Source: Callorhinchus milii (taxonomy: Eukaryota). From it: 64,000 nt of DNA. The notes under the pieces are model-generated. The model did not search any database. It was not told the DNA's origin and worked only from the letters and a program-made list of their open reading frames with translations. Location of the stretch: positions 105,402,001 through 105,466,000 of the forward strand of contig NW_024704743.1 in assembly GCF_018977255.1 (NCBI RefSeq). Reading direction: 5' to 3'. Of this stretch, positions 27,375 to 40,837 are shown one piece after another (position 1 is the first letter of the stretch; each line of letters begins with the position of its first letter). The position numbers and the translations under genes are program-made.

Positions 27375-27460
27375 ACAGTGCACCAAGAAACTGTGTCTTG
27401 AAAGAAACCAATTTTGTTGCCCATTGAAAACCATCGATTGAACCATTGCTGGAAGGAAAA
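27375..27460 (+). pseudogene. S1 remnant, Ser segment
   Basis: TKKLCLERNQFCCPLKTID*TIAG (TGA at the conserved Trp position). Confidence 0.4.
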
Positions 27461-28313
27461 TGAAAATGATTTGAGAAGGTCAATTGTAAAGAATATGATG
27501 AATGTGGATTGGAATTCAGCATAAGAGTAGATACAGATAGATGATTAGTGGAGACGAACATTAATGTGGAGAAGGAACTCAATGAGATAAAGTAGAGGCC
27601 TGTGAAAGCTCTGAGTTATTGGAAAAAGATAAATAAGTTGAACCACCAATTGGATCATAGATAAAGTAATTTGAGAGAGAAAAACTAAGTAGCTCTGAGC
27701 TTTATGTTGGTGGCATTGCACAAGATGTTTACAGGAGCATTTTGCTAGAGTCTGTCAGACTTTGTCACTGTCCTATGTAATAAAAAAAACTTGCATTTGT
27801 CACCTTTCATGTCGGGAGGACACTGCTAAGCACTTACAAGATTTTCACTGTAAAGCCGTGTCACTGCATGTTTGGGGGCAAAAGTGAATTGGTAATGATG
27901 GTAAACAAATCAACAGTGTTCCATTGAAAAAAATGACTTATTTAAAAAAACACACAGGCCTTTTCATTTATATTTTATGAAAAGGGGAATATATTTTTTT
28001 CATTTTATGTGATTGCCATTGTGCTTCTTTGCTTTTCTAGATAGTTTTCTTTTAGGAAATAACATTATGGGATATAGTGCATAGATAGTTTGGGACATAT
28101 GCGCATGTGACCACCAGGAAAGTTGAAGGTGAACTAGATGGACCTTGGTCTTTCTTTGTCTAACATTTCTTATGTTCTTAAGTTCTTCCCCAATTTTCTT
28201 TTCAATCTGATTCTCCATCTTTTCCTTGTTTGTTTTATAATGTGAATTATAATTTTTTAACCATATACCTTACCTTCAAACTTTTTACTTATTTGTTTTC
28301 CTTGTTCTCTTAG

Positions 28314-29010
28314 TTTATATACAATCTGACCAGAAGGAGGCATGTGACCCTCCGAGATGAAAAAAATCCACAGCCCATCAAAAGTCTAGAATGGAAAGAT
28401 TCACGATCGATGCATCAGGTAAATCTTTGAGCTGTAAAACACAGAAAAGTCTCTGTTAATGGGTACATTGATCAATGCAACCTGGAGCCTGACAGCCAGC
28501 CCAAATTGATATTAGTGTCATTTGATATTACATTGAAACGTCTCAAAGTACTTCACAGTATAGTAATTATTTTTGCCCACAAAATAAACACAATCACCCA
28601 CTTTATACAGTATTTTTTGTGAAGGATTTTGAAACATCTTGATGACCTGATAAGGACTATTATTATGGAGTGAGTGTGTATTTGTAAATTAACATGGCAG
28701 TTAATTTGCTCTCAGCAATGTTTATGAGGTGAATGATCAATTTAACTGGAGGATATGTTGGCCAGACCACCAGGAGAAACTCCCTCTCTTATTGAACAGT
28801 GAATTACCTGAATGTCCTCCAGCACTCAAAGCTGCAACCCTCTGACACATTTCAGTTGCACCATCTGCACCATCTTGTCTTCAATATAAAGACAAAATGG
28901 TTTGCAGTCTGAGACTCAGGTATCAATTGTGTGTAAAATAATCCTTCGCAATGAAAAAGTTAACAAGCTTTATTCCAGAAGATTTATTCACCCTCGAGTC
29001 TCTTGTGTGA
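28314..29010 (+). pseudogene. S1 remnants, activation/His segment (28314-28510) and Asp segment (28915-29010)
   Basis: Acceptor TTCTCTTAG; HQVNL*; MGTLINATWSLTAS (cf. GGTLI...WVLTAA); VCKIILR..FIHP. Confidence 0.6.
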
Positions 29011-29609
29011 GACGAGTTATTAAAATGCTTTATGGAAGTGAAGATAGGACATCCGTTGTTACATTCTCATTTTATTGCAGCACAATCTGCCTTCTGCAGG
29101 CATATTAACTTGATGTATCACTTGTAGTCTTCCTTAAATGCATTTCAACTACTTACTTTACATAGAGCTAATATTTTTCTACAAAGATATCAAACTAACT
29201 ATGAGTTTCCATATTAAGGTTCAAACTTTATACCAAAAAAAACACTGGCTATTTCTGATTTTCAGTCTAATTTGTAAACTTGACTACATTTCTGCAGCTT
29301 AGTGTCATATTTTACCTTATTTCCCTTGAATATATTTGGTTACATTCCATCAAATTCATTGCCTTATTAACATTCTCATAGGGTCTAGTTTTTAATTTAA
29401 TTAAAATTGTATTATTGCCCTTTCTCAGCAAGTACTATTGAATGCTATTAAATTCTGACAAGCATTTCAAATGGGCATGGCTCATGACATTTCATGACAT
29501 TTCATTGTGCAATCTTTTGTTTTGTTCAGGTTACAATTTTATATCTGAAGTTCAACAACAACAACAAATTACACTTGTATAGCACCTTTCACGTGGGGAG
29601 GATGTCCAG

Positions 29610-31103
29610 TCATAAGTTGGAAGCTAAAAAGTAATCAAAAAGGCGAATGGAATGTTGGCCTTTATCTCAAGGGGTCTGGAATACAAAGTGGAAGAAATGA
29701 TGCTTCAGCTTTATAGAGCGTTAGTCAGACTCCCATCTGCAGTACTGCGTTCAGTTTTGGGCACCACACCTCAGGAAAGATATTTTGGCCCTGGATGGGG
29801 TGCATCGCAGGTTCACCAGAATGTTACCAGGCCTAAAAGGGTTAAGTTATGAGGAAAGGCTGCGTAAAAGGCTGCACTCTCCACCTCTCAAAGTCAGTCA
29901 GGAACCTCGGTGTTCTGTTTGACCCTGAGCTGTCCTTTCTCCCTCATATCCGCGCCACAACTGGCACCGCCTTCCATCACCTCCGGAATATCGCCAGACT
30001 ATGGCACTACCACACCCCTCACGCTGCTGAAACTCTGGTCCACGCCTTTGTCACCTCAAGGCTGGACTATGGGAACTCTCTCCTCATCGGCCTTCCCGCC
30101 ACCTCCCTCCACAAGCTGCGGGTCATTCAGAACTCTGCAGCTCGTGTACTGTCCCGCACCAGGCTTCGGGACCACATCACTCCCACCCTCGCTCGCCTCC
30201 ACTGGCTCCCCATCCCCCAGAGGATCGAATTCAAGATCCTCATCCTCACCTACAAGGCCATTCACGGCCTTGCTCCCTCCTACCTCTCCGACCTACTATC
30301 CCCCTACCTACCTGCCCGTACCCTCCGTTCCTCTGGCTCCGGTCTGCTCCACATCCCCCGCCCCAACCGCCCTACCATCGGTGGCCGGGCCTTCAGCCTC
30401 TCAGCCCCGAGGCTCTGGAACTCTATCCCCCAGTGCCTTCGCCGCCTCCTCCCTTTCCTCCTTCAAGGCCGGTCTCAAGACCTTTCTCTTTGACCGAGCC
30501 TTCAGCTCCCCTCTCGACTCTCTACCCCCTCCTCGCTCCCTCCCTCCCTCCCTCCCCTCACCCTGACCATTTCCCCCCTGCTCGGGTCCTGACCCAACTG
30601 TACAGCGCCTTGGGACGTCCTCCCGACGTGAAAGGCGCTCAATAAATGGAATCTTGTTGTTGTTTTTGTAAACTTGGATCGTATTCCCTTGTGTTTAGAA
30701 GGTTGAGGGGTGATTTGATTGAGGTATTTTAGATGATAAAGGGATATGATAGGGTAAATACAGAGAAGCTATTTCCTCTGGTGGGGGAATCCAAAACAAG
30801 GGGGCATAGTCTTAACATTAGAACCTGGCCATTTAAGAGTGAAATCAAGAAGTATTTTTTCACTCAAAGGGTGATACAAATCTGGAATTCTCTCCTCCAG
30901 AAGGCTGTGGATGCGGGATCCATCCATATCTTCAAGAGTGAGGTTGATAGATGTTTGGTAGATCAGGGTATTAAGGGATATGGAGAGAAAGCGGGAAATT
31001 AGAATTGAAAGGATTAGTTGAGGTACAGATCAGCCACGATCTAATTAAATGGTGGAATAGGCTCGAAGGGCTGATTGGCCTCTTCCTGTTCCTGTGTTCC
31101 TAT
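29610..31103 (+). mobile_element. CR1 LINE 3' fragment, interrupted by an L2
   Basis: MLAFISRGLEYK..LQLYRALVR; KTRGHSL..KYFFTQRVIQIWNSL; CR1 3' end TTCCTGTTCCTGTGTTCCTATG. Confidence 0.9.
29868..30667 (+). mobile_element. L2, 5'-truncated, young, nested in CR1
   Basis: Near-identical to 400-1188; GTAAA at both 29864-29868 and 30668-30672. Confidence 0.95.
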
Positions 31104-31859
31104 GGAAGCTTTTTTTTAAGAACTGTGGATAATTGGCTTCCAATTAAGATGAGTTTAAGAACTTTCCACAACTCGGCACTGCCTGATCCTTTTAAGGCAA
31201 AATGGATTTATATGTTAAGACTAACGAGAATGTGTCAAAGTTTGGAGCTTCAAGTATCAAAGGTTAATTAACGTGCACTTAAACAGGCAGATAAGATATT
31301 GGTTTAACATCTCATTTTCAGGATAGTACCTCTGATATTCAGTACTCTTTCCTACATTTACTAGCAGTAAGTAGGAACCCGGTTGTTAGTCGATTGGCGG
31401 ATCGCTTTTCCATGGGTAATAATTCCTTCAAAATAAAAAATAGTAATAAATAAATTTGTCACTCAATACACAACTGTTTGTGGGACATTGCTGTGTGCAA
31501 TTGGCTACCGCGTTTCATCCACAAAGTATACAGTCAATTCGCTTTACAGTTTATTCTGTGAAGCACTTTGAGACGTCTCAAAGACATAATAAGGCGCTAT
31601 ATCAAATGCAAGGATCATTATTATTTTTATTATTACACCTCCAACATTGTATTGGAATGTTGCATTAGAGGAAAGAAATTTCTCCTAACCCCTTCCAAAA
31701 TTGTTTTGCTAACAGTCTTGAATAAAATTTGATATATACAGTATTGAATTAATACGGCAAAGTTTGTGATGTTTCTTAACCTTAGAGTCTTAACTACAAT
31801 AGTATGAGGAATGAATGAGGTTCACTGGAGAGAAAAATTGGCAAACAAAATGTTGAAAC

Positions 31860-32585
31860 TAACTAATAAGGGGATGCCATGGATAAAAAAGGAGGTGAAG
31901 ACAAAACTGCAGTGAAAGAAAAAAGCATTTGAAAAGTACAGAATAGATAACGGAGAGGAAAACAGAAGTAAATACGGTAAACGTATGAAAGAGGTTAAAA
32001 GGATGATTAGGAAGGCAAAAATGAACCATGAGGAGAAGGTTGTGGAGTCCTGTGGCTCAGTGGTTAGAGCACTCGCTTTGCAAGTGAGAGACCTGAGTTC
32101 AATTCCAGGCAGGGCGAAACCTTGGGCAAGTTTCCTTACTCCACACGCCTAATAATAATCCCTCCAAAACTAAAAACAATAATAAATTGGTCATTTTCAA
32201 TCTACGACTGTTTGTGGGACATTGCTGTGCGCAATTGGCTGCCGCGTTTGCCCACAAATATACAGTCAATCAATTCACTTTACAGTGTACTCTGTGAAGC
32301 GCTTTGGGACGTCCTCCCGACGTGAAAAGCGCTATATCAAATGCAAGGATTATTATTATTATTATTATTAAGGTAGCAAAAAACTGTAAAAAGAAACAGC
32401 AAGGTGTTCTAGCAATACAAGAATGGAAAGGGGTAGAACTGTTTAAGGAAGAAGCTCACAGCAGATAATAAGATGATGGTAGAAATACTAATTGAATATT
32501 TGCCTCAGTTTTCACAAAGGAAACTGATAAAGACAATTTAGTAAGAACAGAAGGGACAGGGTGTAAAATCGCAACAGTTAAGATA
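31860..32585 (+). mobile_element. Old CR1 ORF2 fragment, interrupted by a SINE
   Basis: PWIKKEVK..KKAFEKY..EVKRMIRKAK; EYFASVFTKE-like segment near 32490. Confidence 0.75.
32044..32369 (+). mobile_element. tRNA(Ala)-derived SINE, full length, young short subfamily
   Basis: GGAGTCCTGTGGCTCAGTGGTTAGAGC, anticodon arm CTCGC-TTTGCAA-GTGAG, L2-type tail, (ATT)n; AAGGT on both flanks. Confidence 0.95.
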
Positions 32586-33049
32586 ATATAATAATAATAA
32601 AAATAATAATAATCCTTGCATTTTATATCGTGTCTTATCACATCTTCAAGATGTCTCAAAGTGCTTCACAGAGTATATTGCAAAGTGAATTAACTGTCCA
32701 TTTTATGGGCAAAAAGATAAAAAAAATCAAAAAGAAAATGGAAACCAGGTTGAATAGTAAGATAAGGGATAAACCCATTGTAAAATACGAATAAATGTAA
32801 GAGAGAGGCAGAGTAATTCACTAGTTTAAATAATGGAGTCAATTGTGATGTGTTAATTAACACTTATGAGCAAACTAATACTTGTAATAAATGTAGTGAC
32901 CTTTAGATATGTGAGACATTAATTGGTCATTTCGGTCTACCACAGGTTCACCTCCTCCCTCACATCCTGCCCCCCTCCCCCCCGCATACCTTTTATAATG
33001 GAATCGGATTACAATACTGTATATTGCAATAAAATTTACATTTATATAG

Positions 33050-34670
33050 GAATAACAACAATAACAAATTACATTTACTTTCAATTCAAGAGGACATCCC
33101 AAGGCGCTGGACAGTCAGGGATTTGGACTCGAGCTGGGGGTTGGGATCAGGATGGGTGGAGGGTAGGGAGAATAGGAGCAGGAGGGTGGCTGAAGGCGTA
33201 GGCGAAGAGGATGGACTTGAAACGTGCCTTGAAGGAGACAAGGGAGGGAACAAGGTGAAGGGACAGTAGGATGGAGTTCCAAAGGGTGCGGGCAGAGAGG
33301 CTGAAGGCCCGTCCGCCGATGATGGGTGGGCCGGACGGGGGATGTGGAGCAGGTCAGAGCCTGCTGAGTGAAGGGAGCAGACAGGCTGATATGAGGTTAG
33401 CAAGTCACAGAGATAGGAAGGGGCAAGGCCATGGAAGACTTTGAAGGCAATGACAAGGATTTTGAACTCTATCCTTTGGGGGATGGGGAGCCAGTGGAGC
33501 AGTTCTAGTGTGGGGGTAAGGGAAGGCAGAGTGGGTCATGGCACGGATGTGAGGTAGAAAGGACAGTTGAGAGTCAAACAAGATACCAAGGTTTCGGACT
33601 GGCTCATTGAGATAGAGTGTGCATCCATGGATGGTGATGCTGCCAGTGCCTGAGGTGTGGAGGTGCTGAAGGGAGCCAATCAGACGGGCCTTGGTCTTGT
33701 TGATGTTGAACTGTAGCAAGTTAACTCTCATCCAGAGCTTGATGTCTGACAGATGTTCTGTCAGAACACCAGTGGTCCTGGAGTTGAGGGTGGAGGAAGA
33801 GAGATTAAGTTGGAAGTCATCCACATACATGTGGAAGGTGGCCCCATATCTGTGAAAGATGTCACCAAGAGGGAGCATATATAGGTTGAAGAGGAGCGGA
33901 CAAAGGACAGAGCCCTAAGGAGCACTGCACGAGATAGTGCGGAGGCTGGAGGAGAAGCCATTTGTGGAGACAAAGTGGATACCATGTGAGAGTAAGATCT
34001 GAACCACTCAAGGACAGAACCATGAAAGTTGAGGTCAGAAGAGAAGTGGTGGAGGAGAATAGAGTGATCGACCGTGTAAAAGGCAGCAGAGCAGTCAAGG
34101 AGGACGAGGAGACAGAGGGAGCCCTGGTCACAGATCAACAAAATTTTATTTGTCACTTTGACCAAGGCTATTTCTGTGCTGTGGGCAGCACAAAAACCTG
34201 ATTGGAAAAGTTCTTAGAGGGAATGGTGGGAGACGAATGAGTGAAGCTGAGAAGTCACAACTCATTCCAGGACCTTAGAAAGAAAAGGGAGTTTGGAAAT
34301 CGGCCATTAATTTGAGAGCAGGGATGGGTCCAGTGAAGGTTTTTTGAGGATAGGGTTGATGTCGCCTGTTTTTAAGGGGGTGGGGCAATGCCAGTTGACA
34401 GGGAGAGTTGATGATGTATGTGAGTAGAGGAGCAAGGACGTTGAGCTGGGGTGTAAGGAGAGGGGTAGGGATGGGGTCGAGGGAACAGGTAGTGGGTTTC
34501 ATGTGGGTTATAATGGCGGTGAGAGAGGAGGGGAACACAAGTTCGAAGGTGTGGAGGGAAGGATGGGTAGGAGCCGGAGTGTGAGTGAGAGATGGGGACG
34601 GGGTAGTAGTTGGAAAGGCAGAGGAGACTGAGTAAATCCCTCGATTTTGATCTTGAGGAAGCAGGGTGAA
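33050..34670 (-). mobile_element. L2, older subfamily, ~1.6 kb, degenerate
   Basis: MLPLGDIF..FHMYVDD; LLVLLDCSAAF; TCSLDPIPT. Confidence 0.9.
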
Positions 34671-34834
34671 ACATGAGAGGGTGGGCGCACTTTAAAAGGA
34701 TGTCTCAAATTGTGTTTATGTATTGATAGAAAATGTCTAAAACTTACTATTTCTTCACCATATATATCTTAATAAAGAATCCTTTAGAATTCTCATCAAC
34801 CATAGAAAATACTGCTCTGGAACAGAATCGTTTC

Positions 34835-35410
34835 TGTGCAGAGTTCCCATGGGTTGGCAATGACATAGTTCTGGTTACCAGAAGGATTCCTCAATTGCAT
34901 GACCTGGATCCTGCAGGAATTTTGTTAGCAAAGAATGCAACTTGGCCTCCAATATTAATCATGGTTAGAATATATGCTATGAAGCCCTGTTACCATTTTT
35001 CTAGGCAGCATTTTGATAATGCCAAAGTGCAGCAGTTTAGGAATGTGCATGTGTCACTCCCCTATGCTAATTATACAAACCAAGTATGTTCACTTTCTCC
35101 TGGATTTAATGAGTACATGTCAGATGCACACCAGTGGTCAAATTATTAATAGCAATAACGACATGATGTGCCAGGAAACACGTACACAGCAGCATTCATG
35201 TTGTCTGCATCTCTAATCTCATAGTTCCATTATAGTCCAAACTGAAAAGGGGTGTCTTCAGGGTTCTGTAAAGCCAATTTGTGGTACTACACTTCCACAG
35301 CAGGTTGCAAAGTAAAAACGTCTCCAAACGTGAAATGGTCGGAAGCCACTGTGGAACTCGGAAAAAGGCTGCATTGTCTCGAATCATTCCAGTATTCCTA
35401 TGATTGTTAA
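34835..35410 (+). pseudogene. Near-complete S1 domain remnant in one stretch
   Basis: AEFPW; EGFLNCMTWIL; PVTIFL/QHFDN; NYTNQVCSL; DMMCQETRTQQHSCCLH; KGCLQGSVKPIC; GSHCG..SRIIPVFL*L, all in correct order across frames. Confidence 0.55.
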
Positions 35411-35847
35411 TCTTAATGCTACCAACTGAAACTGCTGCAATTCTTTTAATATCAAAATATTTAGGAATGTGAACAGTGCTCATGCTATAATCAGGAAATA
35501 TATATTTGTATAATTATAAGGATAAGCAATGAACCCACAAGACCTCAATCTTTACAGTAATCTGAAGGAGCATTTTCTAAAAAGGATTGATGTTTCTGTG
35601 AGTGCAGAAGTTTCTAATAGAGCTCTGTGACAAGATATGGAACATGTTTAATGAGAGCATTAACCTTAACCTTCTGGGGCTGAGACATAAATATGTAAAA
35701 TAGAAAATCTCTGTCCTCACAATATAGTATCCCATTGTCTTACAAGTAATAAATACTCAAAGCTAAACTTTTTATTTGGAAGCAGATTTCCGGGAATTAA
35801 GCTTTCTCAATTAATTATGATTAATTAATTATAAGTATGAGGCATTA

Positions 35848-36160
35848 ATAATAATCTTTGCATTTGAATAGTTACACAGGATAATCTGCAAAGTATGACT
35901 GTATATTTTGTAGGCAAATACTGCAGCCAATATGCACACAGCAGTGACCTCAAACAGCCATGAAGTGAATGACCAATTTTGTTTGGAAGATGTTTGGTCA
36001 GGACACTCCCTTTCACTTTTTAAGTAATGCCATGGGATCTCTAAAATCCTCCTGAACTGGCAGAAAGGAACTCTGCTTAACATTTCATCCGAAGGGCAAC
36101 ACTTCCAACAATGCAGTGCTCCCCCAGCACTGCATTGGAGTATCAGCCTAGACTATATGA
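35848..36160 (-). mobile_element. Old Deu-domain SINE
   Basis: Reverse complement has AGATCCCATGGCATTACT..GGGAGTGTCCTGACCAA..ATGGCTGTTTG..TTGGCTGC. Confidence 0.8.
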
Positions 36161-36417
36161 GTTTCTTTCATTTACCTTTTCCAGGAATTGAAGCAGGCTT
36201 ATCTGGTTTGATTTCTTGATGATGCAGAATCTCTTCTTCCATTTGAAAATACTATGACCTTTTTAAGGTACAAAGGGATATTATGAGGCTTAATCATGAA
36301 CAGTTATGAGAATAATTGCAAGAGAAATGCTATGATTCAGTTCAACTCTACCGCAATCTGTGTAATTGCTATGAATGTCAAACTCAGCTGTGTTAGAACA
36401 ATGGGATAAATTCCTCC

Positions 36418-36744
36418 ATAATAATAATAATAATAATAATCCTTGCATTTGATATAGCGCTTTTCACGTCGGGAGGACGTCCCAAAGCGCTTCACAGAAT
36501 ATACTGTAAAGTGAATTGACTGTATATTTGTGGGCGAACGCGGCAGCCAATTGCGCACAGCAATGTCCCACAAACAGTCGTAGATTGAAAATGACCAATT
36601 TTTATTATTGTTTTTGGGTTTTGGAGGGATTATTATTAGGCGTGTGGAGTAAGGAAACTTGCCCAAGGTTTCGCCCTGCCTGGAATTGAACTCAGGTCTC
36701 TCGCTTGCAAAGCGAGTGCTCTAACCACTGAGCTACAGGACTCC
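36418..36744 (-). mobile_element. tRNA(Ala)-derived SINE, full length, young
   Basis: Near-identical to 32044-32369. Confidence 0.95.
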
Positions 36745-37454
36745 ATCTACAATACAGCAATAATTGGTGATAGCAACTGTGCAATTTTATTCCAATCCAA
36801 CTCTTCCCTATGGAATATGTACATTAGTAGAGATCCAAGGGAGAGTCATTACGAATATAATCAAAACAAACCATCTTCTCAGCCTCTTTGTTTTTCTCTA
36901 ACCATTCTGCAACACATCAAAGTGAAAATTGGAATATAAAATCTACAACTCTCAAAGCCCCTGTACTAGCCTCACTGCTCCATTATACAATACAATTTAA
37001 ATTTATATTGCAGCTTTCTTGTCGGGAGGATGCCTCAAAGCGCTTTACACAGTTGCCTGGGCACCTGAGCTGGTGGGAGGGCGAAACAGGATGAGAGCTG
37101 AAGAGAGAGAAGACATTAGATTAGTTTTAAGTGGGAAGGAAGGGCTTGGGAAATTCCAGACAGCTGTGACTACCAAACACATTTATTGAATGCTTATTCA
37201 TTTAATCTTTCATGCACTGTTTGGACTGAATTTCTGACCAGCTTTACACTTAGCACCTATGGCGTTGTCAAGCCTCAAATAGGATTTCTCCATTATCATC
37301 ACACGTCACCAAACAGAAATTCAGCCCATTTAAATGGAGATCAAAATCTGGTAATTGAAGTCACTGATAGAAAACTAGAAATTGATAGATCATTTTATTT
37401 CCCCAGTTTATAATCCCACATTGACCTAGTTATATCTTATGTTGTTGAATTGTT

Positions 37455-39145
37455 ACAACTATCATTTCTTGGTATAACCTAAGTCTTTGTTCCTTATCAG
37501 CATTGTTTTTTTTTGCTGCTATTTCTCTGAAATAGGGTAGAAATGTTGGTAGCCACTGATAGCCACTATTACAGATCACTATCATGGATATGTGAAGTGA
37601 AGTAGAGATGGGGATTTGGACATAATCTAGCTGTTTCTCCCAATAGTTTGTTTGCTGGGCATTTTTACGATTGACAATTTGCCATATGTAAACCATTGCA
37701 CTTTTACATGCCTGGTATCACAAACTGTGTCATGAAAATCAGCATTGAGGGAAGTGCACAATGCATCTTATATAGACAGACCACAGAAAAATGTCTCCTA
37801 TTAATACTGTGTAACTAGTATACACATGATTTATACATGGCAAATAAAAATCTCTATGTATCCTAATTATTCCAACTTGTACTGATATCCCACAACATTG
37901 TATTCTGGATATCCCATTGGTTTGAGGTATCCAATTTCCAGAAATCCAAAAATCTATTTATTTGGTAAATAGGATCAGCCTTGTTTTTCTGTTAGTTCAT
38001 TCTGTTAGGATGTGAATGAGTCCATTCAGATAATACTCTGACCTCCCGTGAAACCAATTAATTTGGTCACTCAATCCATGGCTGTTTGTAGGACATTGCT
38101 CTGTGCAATTGGCTGCTGCATTTCACCCACAAAATGCAGTCAATTCTGTGAAGCGCTTTGAGAGGTCTCAAAGACGTGGTAAGGCACTACATCAAATGCA
38201 AGGATTATGATTATTATTATTATAAAAATAATTTAACTAATTTTCATCAATATATTTTTAATTGGTGAGACAACTTGTTTATGTACTCTTCATGCTTGAA
38301 CTGCTTTCAGAAATGTTTTCTGAAACTTCTCTGTCAGCTCTTCTTGCTCGGGGACTGTCACAAACATCACTCACTTTTGTTTAACTTCTCTATAGATGTA
38401 GCTCTCAGAGTATCGAGAATGATGAATTTTGTCAGCTCTGCCAACTCAATGACTCAATGATATTGGTCATGCTCCTCTTTTAAGACGGTATCTGCACCTA
38501 CATAATATTTTGTTCATGCAGATTTTTATATTCAAAACACATAGATATTTAAAGCTACCAACTAGATCGCTGACAAGAAAGATATTATAGTCTTGGAATG
38601 TAAAGAGCAAAGGTTAAAATAAATTATTTCAGCACTTCACAAATAGGAATGTTTCAAATTGACGTTTAATCACCATATGGCAACCGAGGGGCAGATATTG
38701 TGTTGCTGGCTTTTTAAAGTGATCTAATTTATATTTCTTACCATGACTCCTTAATATGACATCCATGAGGTATGGGGGGTGGGTGGGGGGCTCATTCTGA
38801 TAACTAGATATATGTCACGCTGAGCCACTCCACTCCAGGAACTCCACTCCAGAATTATTATAACTCTTTGGACAAGAGTTTCCACAGGTCAATGGGAATT
38901 CTAATGGTATTCCTTATTTTTAAAAAATTAAATTTTGGGTGTCAAGAGTATTCTGGCTAAATGGGCAATTTTATATGAAATGAAATTCAAGTGTTTTGTG
39001 CTCCAACTTACAGACTAACACAATCCAATGCTGCTACTTTCATCCCAAGGAGGTGGAAATAGAAGGGATCTGAACAGTTTGGCTGTGGATTGCAGTGGAG
39101 AACTTGCTTTTTGTTTACTGTTTCTAAACCTGAACTGCCAGATTG
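37455..39145 (+). pseudogene. S1 remnants, His segment (37455-37560) and Ser/C-terminal segment (39008-39145)
   Basis: YQHCF/FCCYFSEI; D*HNPML; RRWK*KGSEQFG..DCSG..FLFT. Confidence 0.4.
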
Positions 39146-40837
39146 AAAGTTGTGCCAGATATACTGTCATCATGTTGTTTTTACGTGATGATAATGCAGA
39201 TTGGCAACGCATCTCATAACAAAGCTATTATGTGTCTCTAAGTGCCATGAGTCACATTAATATTGAATTGTGCATCTTAATATGTTATAAACAGTGTGAA
39301 AAACACAGTCAACCAAGATGTAGCATGGGAAGTGTGGATATTACAAGGAATAAAAGTAGTCCTTTCTGAAGTTGCTTATAAATATATATATATATATACT
39401 AGATCTAGCTTGTGAACAATAGCTTGTATGGTCCATGATTTTGCATGTTGGTGTGGATTTTCTTCTTTATACTCTCAAGGACTGGATTCATAGCTAACTA
39501 TTCAGGAAGCAACAGACCACTTGAATTAAGTTAAAATACTTTTCATTCCTTCAAGTGAACAGACTCTCCTTTCATTGGATTTTGCAATGCACCTGAAAGA
39601 TTTGAGATGACTCGCGGCCAGCTTTCCCTCAGGTCTGTCATTCTTTCTGAAGAGCCAAAATGTCAACCAATATTTTTGAAATCAACTTTCACTTTTAACA
39701 CTGTTTTGAGGTTATTGGTAAGTGTCCTGCAATTCAGTGCACTCAGTGGCAACCAATTGAACTTATTTGTTACCTAGTCTCCAGTATTTTATCACTCCTT
39801 CTATTTGGAACAACCATTTTAATGCTGATTAAATTTACCAGCCAACAATGTCGCATTTAAATGAGACATGAGTAGTTATTAAGGTTGGTAAATGTATTGA
39901 CAATCAATGAATCACCTCTCTGGCCAGATTTATTAGCATAAATTCCAGCTCAATGGGATGTCAAAGTTAAATAATTCTAACAAACACAGAATTGATTATT
40001 TTATCTTAAACTAGCAATTACTTAAGATATTGAATGTAACAATTTTGATAGTTATAACATTAAATTCAGCTCAGGCTTCTTCACTTCATTGTGGAGCACT
40101 TCAATACATTCATCAGTAATAAAATAATCATAATGTGTTCAGAATATTCAAATCCATGGAACAAAGGACAAATATGGATGTTACTGATAGCATTAGCATT
40201 AAGAGATAGGAAATGGAACTCACTACTTTTCTGAGCACAAACTGCACATTTAGCAGCATGGTGACAGAATTAATTCCCTGGCATTTCTTCCTGAAAGCAA
40301 ATGTAAAGTCTTCTTAAGAAAATATCAATCATTATTTAAAAAGAGCTTTGTGCATACACCTGTTTCTCACTCGCTTGGATTTCAGGATTGTTAACTGCCA
40401 CACTTTGATTGGGTTTACAACAGATATCTCTCAATCAATGCAAATTGCCTATCTCTATGGTTACAGTTTATTTATCAGACATGTTGGTAACTTGGTTACA
40501 ATGGAGAACTCCAATGCACTGAACAAAAAAGAACATTAAATGCAGCAAGTAACAATACACTGTTATAGCAGCAAGCAAAGATTTCTCCCACGCCATTAAT
40601 TATTTTCTGATAGGCTCTTCAAAGTGATAAACTGTAACAATTTGTGATTAATTTATACCCTGCAAATCTGTGTGTAAATATAGATTTTATGTACTTCTGT
40701 AGTACTGTGCTCAGCTGTTAACTTTTATTTACTTTAGCAAAGTCTCCAAATTATTTATTATTTTCAAATCTAATTAATCAGCCAAATCACAACGCTGTGA
40801 TAATTTCAAAAACTGTAAAGCATCCAGATTAGAAGCA

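Noticed and set aside
1365..28418. Intact + strand gene built from short open exons (1365-1443, 1988-2058, 6408-6533, 18219-18272, 28314-28418)
   Set aside because: Open frames of this length are common by chance, and the protease motifs run past these borders through stops and frameshifts. A spliced non-coding remnant cannot be excluded.
32044..32115. tRNA-Ala gene
   Set aside because: It is the head of a multi-copy SINE, lacks a proper acceptor stem and runs into the SINE body.
35196..39131. Phase-compatible - strand exon pair (about 39010-39130 joined to about 35400, giving NTGMIRDN...)
   Set aside because: No recognisable protein and a weak acceptor; both stretches are better explained as antisense to + strand S1 remnants.
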